A DNA stretch of 64,000 nt, taken from contig OY970320.1 in the NCBI GenBank assembly GCA_963716745.1, positions 32,001-96,000 on the forward strand, given 5' to 3'. Position numbers and translations under genes: made by a program. This DNA is from an uncultured Gemmatimonadaceae bacterium (lineage in GTDB: Bacteria; Gemmatimonadota; Gemmatimonadetes; Gemmatimonadales; Gemmatimonadaceae). Under the pieces are notes generated by a model that was not told the DNA's origin, searched no databases, and saw only the letters and a list, made by a program, of their open reading frames with translations. Positions 1-9,248 of the stretch are shown in pieces (within the stretch, counting starts at the first letter, position 1; each line of letters opens with the position of its first letter).

Positions 1-1195
1 CTGCTCACGCTGCGGAACATCTACGGCGGGATCTTCGCGCAGTACGCGAATTTCGGCTGGGCGCCGAGCGCGCAGGATCCCGCGGTCGCGGCGCGGCCCA
101 CGGTGGACCGCTGGATCCTGTCGCGGCTCGCGAGCGTGGAGAGTGAAGTGGACGCGCTCATGGCCCGCTACGAGGCGACGCTCGCGGCGCGCGCAGTGAT
201 GGACTTCGTCACCGACGACGTCTCGAATTGGTACGTGCGCCTCAATCGTGCGCGCTTCTACGACGTGGACACCGCCGACAGCCGCGCCGCGTTCGCGACG
301 CTGCACGAGGTGCTCACCGTCGCGTGCCGTCTGCTCGCGCCCTTCGCGCCCTTCCTCACGGACTGGATGCACCGCGAGCTCACCGGCGACTCGGTGCACG
401 TCGCGCCGTACGTGCGCGCCGCGGCGCCGGCGGTGGACCACTGCGCTCGAGCAGGCCATGACGCAGGTGCGCACGCTCGCGACGCTCGGGCGCGCCGCGC
501 GCGAGGAAGCCGACGTGAAGGTGCGGCAGCCACTCGAGCGGATCATTTGCGTGGTGCCGGGCAAGCGCGGCGCCGACCTGCGGGCGCTCGAGCCGCTGCT
601 GCGCGCCGAACTCAACGTCAAGCAGCTCGAGTGGGCCTCCAGCGGCGACGCACTGGTGCGTCTCGAGGCCAAACCGAACTTCCGCGCGCTCGGCAAGCGC
701 TTCGGAAAGGCGACGCCGATCGCCGCCCAGGCGGTGGTCGCGCTCACGTCGGAGGCGCTCATGCGCTTCGAACACGGCGAGCCGGTGGCGATCTCCGTTG
801 AGGGCGAGTCGCACACGCTCACGGCCGAGGATCTCGAACTGGTGCGGCGCGCTTCGGGCGAGCTGGTCGTGAAGGAGACGGGAGGTTTCTTCGTGGCGCT
901 CGATCCCACCGTGACGCCCGCGTTGCGCGAGGAAGGCATCGCGCGGGAACTCGTCAGCCGCATCCAGCGTTTGCGTAAAGAGGGGGGCTTGGCGGTGAGC
1001 GACCGCGTGCGTGTGGTCATAGCCGGCGCGCCCGAAGTGGAGGCGGCGGCGCGCGCGCGCACCGACTACATTTCAGCCGAAGTTCTGGCCCGGGAGATCG
1101 CGATCGGCGGCTCCGGGGCCGAAGCACCAGACGCGACGTCCACGGATGACCTCGATGGTTCCGCCGTGCACATCGCCATTTCCCGAGTGTCCTAG
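1..1195 (+). CDS. ileS: Isoleucine--tRNA ligase, C-terminal part (5'-truncated by window; apparent frameshift at ~440)
   Basis: DRWILSRL...SNWYVRLNRARF...LAPFAPF, continuing in a second frame as KVRQPL...ELNVK...EGIARELVSRIQRLRKE: the type-2 IleRS anticodon-binding and C-terminal domains. Removing one C at ~440 joins the two frames. Confidence 0.93.
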
Positions 1196-1705
1196 ATGCC
1201 GTCGTCTGCCCGGCCGAAGTCTAAGAAGCCCGCGAAAGCTACGAAGCAAGCCAAGGCCGCGAAGTCCGCGAAGCCCGCAAAGGCCGCGAAGCTGCCCAAG
1301 GCGCCCAAGATCAAGCCGATGAGCAAGAAGCTGCTCCAGCACTTCGAGAAACGTCTGCTCGAGGAGCGCCGGCGCGTGCTGAAGGAACTCGGCCAGTACA
1401 GCGAGACGTTCAACAACACGCCGCAGAGCGCGGACGGCGACCTCTCGTCGTACTCGTTCCACATGGCGGACCAGGGCACCGACGCGATGGAGCGCGAGAA
1501 GGCGTTCCTGTTCGCGAGCCAGGAAGGGCGTTTCCTCTGGCACATCGATGAGGCGCTCCGGCGGCTCTATCGCTCGCCCGAGACGTTCGGCCGCTGCCAC
1601 AGCTGCGGTGAGGAGATCGATTTCGACCGCCTCGATGCGCTCCCGCACGCCCGGCTGTGCATTTCGTGCAAGCAGCGTGAAGAGAATGGCAAGAAGCAGG
1701 CGTAA
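1196..1705 (+). CDS. TraR/DksA-family C4 zinc-finger protein with Lys/Ala/Pro-rich N-terminal tail
   Basis: Coiled coil, tip HMADQGTD, CHSC...RLDALPHARLCISC zinc finger; lies between ileS and lspA. Confidence 0.88.
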   Translation: MPSSARPKSKKPAKATKQAKAAKSAKPAKAAKLPKAPKIKPMSKKLLQHFEKRLLEERRRVLKELGQYSETFNNTPQSADGDLSSYSFHMADQGTDAMEREKAFLFASQEGRFLWHIDEALRRLYRSPETFGRCHSCGEEIDFDRLDALPHARLCISCKQREENGKKQA

Positions 1706-2222
1706 CGGACTCCTCTTCCTCTGGATCGCGTCGGTGATCGTGGTCGCCGATGTCATCACGAAGCGCCTGGCGGTCGCCGAGCTCGTGCCGCGCTATGTGC
1801 CGAAACAGGTGCTCGGCGACTGGATCCAACTGCGCCTCGTGTACAACCAGGGTGCCGCGTTCGGGATCTATCTCGGCGTGTGGTCGCGGTGGATCTTCGT
1901 GGGGCTCACGGTGGTCGCGGTGCTGATCCTCGGCCGCATGATCGCGCACACGAAGGAGGGCGACTGGTTCCGCGTCACGGCGATCTCGATGGTCGTCGGC
2001 GGGGCGCTCGGGAACCTCATCGACCGGCTGCGCTCGGCGCAGGGCGTCGTGGACTTCATTGACGTGGGCGTGGGCGCGCACCGCTGGCCAACGTTCAACG
2101 TGGCCGACATGGGCGTGAGCGTTGGCGCCGTGCTGCTTGCGTGGGTGCTCTGGCAGGAGGACGAGCAGAGCTCGCACGTCTCGGGCGGCACGCCGGCCGT
2201 GGTGACCGAGCGAACCACATGA
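1686..2222 (+). CDS. lspA: Lipoprotein signal peptidase II
   Basis: YNQGAAFG, GGALGNLIDR, VVDFID and FNVAD motifs; hydrophobic TM segments. Confidence 0.95.
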   Translation: MARSRRNGLLFLWIASVIVVADVITKRLAVAELVPRYVPKQVLGDWIQLRLVYNQGAAFGIYLGVWSRWIFVGLTVVAVLILGRMIAHTKEGDWFRVTAISMVVGGALGNLIDRLRSAQGVVDFIDVGVGAHRWPTFNVADMGVSVGAVLLAWVLWQEDEQSSHVSGGTPAVVTERTT

Positions 2223-3226
2223 CCGAGTCCGCAGCGCCGGGGCTCACGCCCGGGCGCCGGGAGCGGTGGACGGCCGAGGCGGACAGCGATGTCCGCCTCG
2301 ATCTGCTTGTGGCCCGCCGGCTCGAGCTGTCGCGCACGCAGGCGGCGACGCTCATCGCGAACGGGTGCGTCACCGTGGCGGGGCGGCGTGAGAAGGCCAG
2401 TTACAAGGCGGAGCCGGGCGAGGAGATCGTGGTGGAGATCCCGTCGAGCGCCCGGCGCGAGGTGGGCGCGGAGAAACTCCCCATCGCCGTCGTGTTCGAG
2501 GACGACGATGTGCTCGTCGTGGACAAGGCCGCGGGCATGGTCGTGCACCCGGCACCCGGGAATTGGACGGGTACGCTGGTGAACGCGCTCAAGGGGCGCG
2601 GGAGTGCGCTCGCGGCGGCCGCTGGCGGCGAGCGCGAGGGGATCGTCCACCGCCTCGACAAGGACACCTCCGGGCTGCTTCTGGTGGCGAAAACGGACCG
2701 GGCGCACAAGGCGCTCGCCGGGGCGATGGCGCAGCGGAAGATCGTGCGGCGCTATGCCGCTCTGGCGTGGGGTCATCTCGAGACCGACCGGCTCACGGTG
2801 GACCGTCCGGTGGGGCGCAGTCCGCGAGACCGAAGGCTCATGGCAATCGTCAGTACAGGAAGGGCGGCGCGGACGGATTTCGTCCGACTCGCCCGGTTCG
2901 ACGCGGCCGATCTTTTGCGCGCGCACCTGCACACGGGGCGCACGCATCAGATCCGCGTCCACCTGGCGTCGATCGGCCATCCAGTGGCGGGTGATGACGT
3001 GTACGGCGGAGGCGGAGCGCGTCGATTGCTGGCGCTGCCGCCGAAGCGACACTTCCTCCACGCGGCCTGGCTGATCTTTCCGCATCCGGTGACCGGGGAG
3101 TCGATCGAGCTCCGCGCTCCGCTGCCCGAGGACCTCGTGCGCTCGCTCGCTGCGGCCGCGGGGACGGACACGCCACTCGACCCGGATCCGCTGGCCCAAT
3201 TTGGCTTCTACCGTCTCTCCGACTGA
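2219..3226 (+). CDS. RluA/RluD-family 23S rRNA pseudouridine synthase
   Basis: S4-like N-terminus (RLDLLVA...SRTQA), VDKAAGMVVHP, HRLDKDTSG, TGRTHQIRVH. Confidence 0.93.
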   Translation: MTESAAPGLTPGRRERWTAEADSDVRLDLLVARRLELSRTQAATLIANGCVTVAGRREKASYKAEPGEEIVVEIPSSARREVGAEKLPIAVVFEDDDVLVVDKAAGMVVHPAPGNWTGTLVNALKGRGSALAAAAGGEREGIVHRLDKDTSGLLLVAKTDRAHKALAGAMAQRKIVRRYAALAWGHLETDRLTVDRPVGRSPRDRRLMAIVSTGRAARTDFVRLARFDAADLLRAHLHTGRTHQIRVHLASIGHPVAGDDVYGGGGARRLLALPPKRHFLHAAWLIFPHPVTGESIELRAPLPEDLVRSLAAAAGTDTPLDPDPLAQFGFYRLSD

Positions 3227-3647
3227 CATCTCTGCCCGCCGGCTGGTGGTCTTCCGGCTGGGGGATACGTCGTACGGGATCGACCTGGGTGCGGTGCGGG
3301 AGATCCTGCGCGCGCGCCCGGCCACGCGTCTGCCCGGCGCACCGAAGGCGGTGGTGGGGCTGATCAACGTGCGCGGTGCGATCGTGACGGTGATCGATCT
3401 CGGCGTGGCGCTCAGAGTGCGCACGGCGCCGGCAGGCGGCGCCGTGATGCTCATCGAGCACGGGCCGAAGCTGGTGGGCGCGATGGTGGACGAGGTGCTG
3501 GAAGTGCAGCGCGCGCCGGACGAAGCGCTGGAACCGGCGCCGCTCGACGTGCAGGCCGGAGGCGCGGTGCGCGCCCTCGGCACGCGCGAGGGCGGCGTCG
3601 TGATCGTGCTGGACATTCATGATCTGCTTTCGCACATGCTCGCTTAA
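3201..3647 (+). CDS. cheW: CheW-like coupling protein
   Basis: LVVFRLG..YGI..VREI...LPGAP..VVGLINVRGAIVTVIDL; start codon uncertain (TTG). Confidence 0.88.
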   Translation: MASTVSPTDISARRLVVFRLGDTSYGIDLGAVREILRARPATRLPGAPKAVVGLINVRGAIVTVIDLGVALRVRTAPAGGAVMLIEHGPKLVGAMVDEVLEVQRAPDEALEPAPLDVQAGGAVRALGTREGGVVIVLDIHDLLSHMLA

Positions 3648-3660
3648 CCGAGAGGTGACG

Positions 3661-4023
3661 GTGTCCCATACGGTATTGGTCTGCGACGACGCGATCTTCA
3701 TGCGCACGATGATCTCCGACATCCTCCAGCAATCCGGCTTCGATGTGATCGGCGAAGCGGAGACGGGAGTGGAGGCCGTGGCGCAGTATCGCAAACTCAA
3801 GCCGGACCTCGTGACGATGGACATCGTGATGCCCGACATGGGCGGCATCGATGCCGTGCGCGAGATCACGAAGTTCGATCCGAACGCCCGGATCCTCATG
3901 TGCAGCGCGATGGGGCAACAGGCGCTGGTGGTCGAGGCGATCCAGGCGGGGGCGAAGGATTTCGTGGTGAAGCCGTTCCAGCCGAGCCGGGTGCTGGAGG
4001 CGGTGCAGCGGGTCCTCGGCTGA
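3661..4023 (+). CDS. cheY: CheY-like single-domain response regulator
   Basis: VLVCDDAIFMR, MDIVMPDMGG, MCSAMGQ, FVVKPF; GAGGTG RBS before the GTG start. Confidence 0.93.
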   Translation: MSHTVLVCDDAIFMRTMISDILQQSGFDVIGEAETGVEAVAQYRKLKPDLVTMDIVMPDMGGIDAVREITKFDPNARILMCSAMGQQALVVEAIQAGAKDFVVKPFQPSRVLEAVQRVLG

Positions 4024-4040
4024 CTTCCGGGGCCGCCCGC

Positions 4041-5903
4041 ATGGACCTCACGCGCTACGCCGATCTCTTCCTCACGGAGAGCCGCGAGCACGTCTCGGCG
4101 CTGAACCATCTCCTGCTCTCGCTGGAGCGCGCGCCGCGCGCCACGGAGCCGGTGGCGGGGATGTTCCGCGCGGTGCACACGGTGAAAGGCATGAGCGCGA
4201 CCATGGGCTACGGCGGCGTGACGGCGCTGGCGCACGAGATGGAGTCGTTGCTCGACCAGGTGCGGCAGAAAGCGCGCAAGGTGACGCCGGAGTTGATGGA
4301 CCTGCTCTTCAAGAGCGTTGACGCGCTCGAGAAGGCGATCGCGGCGGCGGTCGCGGGCACGAGTGATGATCCGGCGGCGCTCGTGATGGCGAAGACGCTG
4401 AAGGACTACGCCGAGGGGCGCCGCGCATTGGCGGGCGGCCGTCGCAAACCGCCCCCGAAGGCCGCGAAGTACAAGGGCAAGCGCGGCGTCGCGATCCGCG
4501 TGGTGCTCAATGACGGCATCGCGCTCAAGGGCGCGCGGGCGTTCCTCGTGGTGAAGCGCGCCGAGGACTTCGGGCGCGTCCTCGCGGTGGAACCGCCGAT
4601 CGACGCGCTGCAGCGCGAGGAGTTCGGCCGCGAGTTCATGATCCGTTTGGCGCCGAGCGTGGAGCCGTCGATCGCGGCGGAGGCGCTGCGCATGGCAGGC
4701 GATGTCGCGTCGGTGTCGATCGACGGCGCGGCGGTGAGCGACGCGCCGGAGAACGCGGCGCCGGGCGCGACGCGGCACGTGCGCATCGAGCTCACGCGTC
4801 TCGACGCGCTCATGAACCTCGTGGGCGAACTGGTGATCGCGCGCGGCCAACTGCAACAGCTCGCGGGCGTGACCGGCGATGCCGCGCTGGAGGAGACCGT
4901 CGCGCAGGGCGCGCGGCTCATCGGCGAGATGCAGGATGAGATCATGCGCTGCCGCATGGTGCCGGTGGCGCAGGTGTTCGACCGCTTCCCGCGCCTCGTG
5001 CGCGACGCGGCGCGCGCGTTGCACAAGGAGGTCTCGTTCACGGTGGAAGGGCAGGAGAGCGAACTGGACCGCTCGATGCTCGACGAGATCGGGGAACCGG
5101 TGATGCACTTGCTGCGCAATGCGGTGGACCACGGGATCGAGATGCCGGCCGAGCGCGAGGCCGCGGGCAAGCCGCGCGAAGGGGCGCTCAAGCTCTCGAT
5201 CTCGCGCGAACGCTCGGCGGTCACGATCCGCGTGAGCGACGACGGGCGCGGCATCGACCGCGCCCGCGTGCTGGCGAAGGCGCGCACGATGGGGCTGGTG
5301 CTGTCCACCGTGAAATCGCTGCCCGACGAAGAGCTGGTGCGGCTCATCTCGCGGCCGGGCTTCTCGACGGCCGAGCGCGTGACCGATCTGTCGGGGCGCG
5401 GCGTGGGGATCGATGTCGTGCTCACACGCGTGCGCGCGCTCGGCGGCTCGGTGGAGATCAGGACCGTGGCCGGGGAGGGCACGACCGTCACCGCGCGGCT
5501 GCCGCTCACGCTCGCGATCGTGCGCGCGATGCTCGCGCGCGTGGGTGAGGAGACGTACGCCGTGCCGATGACGCACGTGACCGAGACCGTGGAGCTCGAC
5601 GCCGCGGGCGTGCGCACCGTGCGCGGGCGCGAGGCGATCGTCCTGCGCGACGACGTGCTGCCGGTCGTGCGCCTCCGCAACCGGCTGTCGCTCGCGGCGT
5701 CGAGCGCGCCGATGCAGCAGGTGGTGATCGTGGAAGTGGGCGAACGCCACGCCGCGCTCGTGGTGGACGAACTCGCGGGACAGCAGGACATCGTGGTGAA
5801 GCAGTTCGACCCGGTGCGCGGCGGCATGCCGCTGTTCAGCGGCGCGACGATCCTGTCCGATGGGGCGCCGTCGCTGATCCTCGATGTCGGCAGCCTACTC
5901 TAG
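4041..5903 (+). CDS. cheA: CheA histidine kinase (HPt-P2-dimerisation-HATPase-CheW)
   Basis: MFRAVHTVKGMS (HPt His), LDALMNLVGELVI, HLLRNAVDHG, SDDGRG, GFSTA..SGRGVGIDVV, C-terminal CheW domain. Confidence 0.96.
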   Translation: MDLTRYADLFLTESREHVSALNHLLLSLERAPRATEPVAGMFRAVHTVKGMSATMGYGGVTALAHEMESLLDQVRQKARKVTPELMDLLFKSVDALEKAIAAAVAGTSDDPAALVMAKTLKDYAEGRRALAGGRRKPPPKAAKYKGKRGVAIRVVLNDGIALKGARAFLVVKRAEDFGRVLAVEPPIDALQREEFGREFMIRLAPSVEPSIAAEALRMAGDVASVSIDGAAVSDAPENAAPGATRHVRIELTRLDALMNLVGELVIARGQLQQLAGVTGDAALEETVAQGARLIGEMQDEIMRCRMVPVAQVFDRFPRLVRDAARALHKEVSFTVEGQESELDRSMLDEIGEPVMHLLRNAVDHGIEMPAEREAAGKPREGALKLSISRERSAVTIRVSDDGRGIDRARVLAKARTMGLVLSTVKSLPDEELVRLISRPGFSTAERVTDLSGRGVGIDVVLTRVRALGGSVEIRTVAGEGTTVTARLPLTLAIVRAMLARVGEETYAVPMTHVTETVELDAAGVRTVRGREAIVLRDDVLPVVRLRNRLSLAASSAPMQQVVIVEVGERHAALVVDELAGQQDIVVKQFDPVRGGMPLFSGATILSDGAPSLILDVGSLL

Positions 5904-5913
5904 GGGAGCGCGC

Positions 5914-6534
5914 ATGTCCGATCTTCTGTCGCTGACGAAAGTGGAACTCGACGCGCTCCGCGAGACGGCGAGCATCGGCGCCGGCCACGCCGCGACCGCG
6001 CTGTCGCTCATGACGAACAGCCGGATCATGATCTCGGTGCCGCACATCACGATCGCGGCGCTCGAGGACGTGCCGCAGCAGATCGCGGACGAGGAAGAGC
6101 CGATCGCGGCCGTCATGATGCAGATGCTCGGCGATCTCACGGGACGGTCCCTGCTCGTATTCCCGCGGGCCACGGCGCTGCGCCTCGCGCAGCTGATGCT
6201 GCGGCGGCCGCGCGACGGAACCGCCCCCTTCGCCGAGCTCGAGCAGAGCGCGCTCAAGGAGGCCGGCAATATCCTGAGCGGCGCGTATCTCAACGCGCTC
6301 AGCGATTTCCTGGGCCTCATGCTGCTGCCGTCGCCGCCGAGCCTCGTGGTGGACATGTCGGCCGCGGTGCTCACCACCGCGCACGCGCAGTTCGGCGCGG
6401 ACCGCGACATGGTGTTCGCGGTGGAGACGCAGTTCCTGTTCGAGGACCAGGCGGACCACCTGCGCGGCTTCTTCCTGCTGCTGCCCGACTTCGCGTCGTT
6501 GCGCGTGATCCTGCGCGCCATCCGGATCGCGTGA
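5914..6534 (+). CDS. cheC: CheC-family CheY-P phosphatase
   Basis: DALRETASIGAGHAATALS and SALKEAGNIL repeats; position directly after cheA. Confidence 0.9.
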   Translation: MSDLLSLTKVELDALRETASIGAGHAATALSLMTNSRIMISVPHITIAALEDVPQQIADEEEPIAAVMMQMLGDLTGRSLLVFPRATALRLAQLMLRRPRDGTAPFAELEQSALKEAGNILSGAYLNALSDFLGLMLLPSPPSLVVDMSAAVLTTAHAQFGADRDMVFAVETQFLFEDQADHLRGFFLLLPDFASLRVILRAIRIA

Positions 6535-9248
6535 ACAGCCCCTCGTCCCCCGTCTCGCAGCGCGACCGCGACATCCTGCGGTCGTTCGCGCGGCGCATCG
6601 ATCCATCGGATGCGGGGGCGCATAACAACCTCGGCGTGCTGTATTACAACAAGGGGATGTACGCCGAGGCGGTGTCGAGCTTCGAGCAGGCGCTGGAGCT
6701 GGATCCGAAGATGCAGGTCGCCCAGCGCAATCTCGAGGTCGCATACTTCAACACCGGCTACTACGACCGGCGCGTGGCCGAACTGCGAGATCGGCTGCGC
6801 TCGCATCCGCACGACCGCGACGCGCGCTGGGAGTTGGGACGCGCGTACGCCGCGCTCGGCGATGTGCCCGAAGCGGTGGCGGAGTTCACGGCGATCCTCG
6901 AGCATCATCCCGACGACGCCGGCGCCATCGTGCAGCTGGGTCTCGCGGAGAAGGCGAGCGGCGACCTCGAGCACGCGCAGCGCTGGTTCGAGCGCGCGCT
7001 GGCGCTCGAGCCGAAGAGCCCGCTCATGAGCTTCTACATCGGCGAAGTGCTGTACAACCGCGGGCTGAACGAGGAAGCGCTCGTCGCACTGCGCCGCTCG
7101 ATCGACATCAATCCCGACAACTCCGACGCGCACTATCTGCTCGGCTTCGTGCTGGGCGACCTCGGACGCCACGAGGAGGCGCGTGCCGCGACGAAGCGCG
7201 CGATCCAGCTCAATCCGTCGCTGTCGCGCGCGCAGGCGAATCTGTCGATCGACCGTTACAACGCCGCGAAGTACGAGGAGCTCGTGCCGCAGCGGCACGA
7301 GCGGCGGTCGTCGCAAATGGAGGTGGCCGCTGAGGGTGGCCTCGCGCACTACAACCTGGGCCTCGCGTTCCGGCAGAAGGGTTACTACGCGGAAGCGCTG
7401 CGCGAATACCGGCTCGCACTCGAGCGGGAGGAAGACCGCGCGCTGGTGCTCCAGGCGATGGCCGAGGTGCACCTGCTCAAGCGCGATCCCAAGTCGGCGA
7501 TCGAACTGTACGACCGCCTGCTCGAAGAGGAGAGTGAGAGCCCCAAGCTCTGGTGCGAGCGCGGGGTCGCGCTGCATCAGGAGGGTCGGCATCAGGAAGC
7601 CGCTGAGAGCTATCGTCGCGCGTTGTCGCTCGACGCGGCGTACGCCATCGCGCACAACAACCTGGGCGTCGCGGAATATCACGGCGGGAACACCGACGCG
7701 GCGATCGATGCCTTCCGCGCCGCGCTCGCGGCGCATCCGGGCTTCGTGAAGGCGTGGCTCAATCTCGCGCTGCTGCTCTATCAGGGAAAACGGCTCCAGC
7801 TCGCGCTCGAAGCGTACCGTCAGGGCCTCACCGTGGATCCGGAGCAGCCGGTCGCGTGGAACGGCATCGGTCTCGTGCTGGCGGAGCTCAAGAAGTACGA
7901 GGACGCGCGCAACGCGTTCGGGCGTGCGATCCACACGCGGCCGAACTATGCGGAGGCGCACTACAACCTGGGCTTCACGCTCTCGAACCTCGGCGATTTC
8001 GAAGGCGCGCTGCGCGCGACGCGGCGCGCGCTGGAGCTGGACCCGTTCTACGTGCGGCAGAAGTTCGAGCTCGCGATCGACCTCGAGTACGAGGATCCCG
8101 ATCTCTCGATCGCGCCCGCGCTCGGCAATGCGCAGCGCGTGGAGCAATCGGTGGAGACGTTCGCGTTCGACGCGGCGCGGCTCGATGCGCTCTTTACCGA
8201 GCTGAAGCCGCTCGCGCCGGCGCCGGTGGAGACGGCCGCCGTGCCGCTCGAGACGGCGTACGCCATGGCGGTGGAGTATCTGTCGAAGGGCATGCTCGAC
8301 CGCGCCGCGGCCGAAGTGAACCGCGCGCTGGTGCGCGGCGCGAACACGGGCGAGGGTCTGATCCTGCTGGGCGACATCTTCCTGCGGCAGGGGCTGCATG
8401 GCGAAGCGCTCGAGCGCTACAAGAATGCGCGGAGCGTGACGGCCAATGCGGCGCGCGCACTCGCCGGCGAGACGCGCGCGCTGCTGCTGCTGGGGCGCGC
8501 GGAGCAGGCGCGCGCGGTGGCCGAGGAACTGCTCATCGCGGATCCGGCGACAGTGGAATCGATCCTGCTCGTGGCGAGCGCGCGCGCCGATGCCGGCGAT
8601 CCCGCGGCGGCGCGCGAGCTGCTCAAGAACGCGCGCCGTCTCGCGCCCGCGCGCGCCGACGTCCTGCGGCAGTTCGGCGACGTGGCGCGCGCCGCGGGCG
8701 ATGTGGAGGGCGCGATCGCGGCATACAAGAACGCGCTCGACCTCGATCCCGACGTCGCAGTGGTGCACTACGAACTCGGGCGGTTGCTCGCCGAGAGAGA
8801 CGACGCCACGGGCGCCGAGACCGAGTTGCTCGCCGCGCTGGAGGCGGTGCCGACGTACGTGGAGGCCACCCTCGCGCTGGCGCAGGTGCGCCGCCGCTTC
8901 GGCCGCGCGAAGGACGCCGTGCCGCCGCTCGTGGACCTGCTGCGGCGCGATCCGTACAACGTGGAGGCGCTGCTCGCGCTCGCCGAGACGCTGCTCGAGC
9001 TGGACCGGCCGCGCGATGCGGCGATCTCGATCGAACGCGTACTGCGCTTCGACCCGCGGCACGTAGGCGCGCTCTTCTTCCACGGCGTGCTCCTCGCGGA
9101 CCAGCACCGCTACCGCGAGGCGATCGGGGAATGGGAGCGCGTGGTGGAGCTGGAGCCCGACGGCGAGTTCGCCAAGAACGCACGTCGCGAGTCGCGCACC
9201 GCGTCCGACCTGCTGCGGATCTTCCGCCACCGGCAGGAGGCGAGCTGA
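6531..9248 (+). CDS. Large cytoplasmic multi-TPR protein (905 aa)
   Basis: Many TPR repeats (AHNNLGVLYY, AHYNLGLAF, AWNGIGLVL...ALELDP); no signal peptide seen. Confidence 0.9.
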   Translation: MNSPSSPVSQRDRDILRSFARRIDPSDAGAHNNLGVLYYNKGMYAEAVSSFEQALELDPKMQVAQRNLEVAYFNTGYYDRRVAELRDRLRSHPHDRDARWELGRAYAALGDVPEAVAEFTAILEHHPDDAGAIVQLGLAEKASGDLEHAQRWFERALALEPKSPLMSFYIGEVLYNRGLNEEALVALRRSIDINPDNSDAHYLLGFVLGDLGRHEEARAATKRAIQLNPSLSRAQANLSIDRYNAAKYEELVPQRHERRSSQMEVAAEGGLAHYNLGLAFRQKGYYAEALREYRLALEREEDRALVLQAMAEVHLLKRDPKSAIELYDRLLEEESESPKLWCERGVALHQEGRHQEAAESYRRALSLDAAYAIAHNNLGVAEYHGGNTDAAIDAFRAALAAHPGFVKAWLNLALLLYQGKRLQLALEAYRQGLTVDPEQPVAWNGIGLVLAELKKYEDARNAFGRAIHTRPNYAEAHYNLGFTLSNLGDFEGALRATRRALELDPFYVRQKFELAIDLEYEDPDLSIAPALGNAQRVEQSVETFAFDAARLDALFTELKPLAPAPVETAAVPLETAYAMAVEYLSKGMLDRAAAEVNRALVRGANTGEGLILLGDIFLRQGLHGEALERYKNARSVTANAARALAGETRALLLLGRAEQARAVAEELLIADPATVESILLVASARADAGDPAAARELLKNARRLAPARADVLRQFGDVARAAGDVEGAIAAYKNALDLDPDVAVVHYELGRLLAERDDATGAETELLAALEAVPTYVEATLALAQVRRRFGRAKDAVPPLVDLLRRDPYNVEALLALAETLLELDRPRDAAISIERVLRFDPRHVGALFFHGVLLADQHRYREAIGEWERVVELEPDGEFAKNARRESRTASDLLRIFRHRQEAS

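Noticed and set aside
2850..9230. Very long antisense ORFs (966 aa, 1111 aa) and similar ones elsewhere
   Set aside because: Shadow ORFs of high-GC coding genes; no recognisable motifs and Arg/Ala/His-biased composition.
7754..9247. N-terminal ~500 aa of the 973-aa ORF (and similar extensions on murE, lspA, cheR)
   Set aside because: An alternate-frame overlap of the upstream gene; the real starts are at the stop/start junctions.
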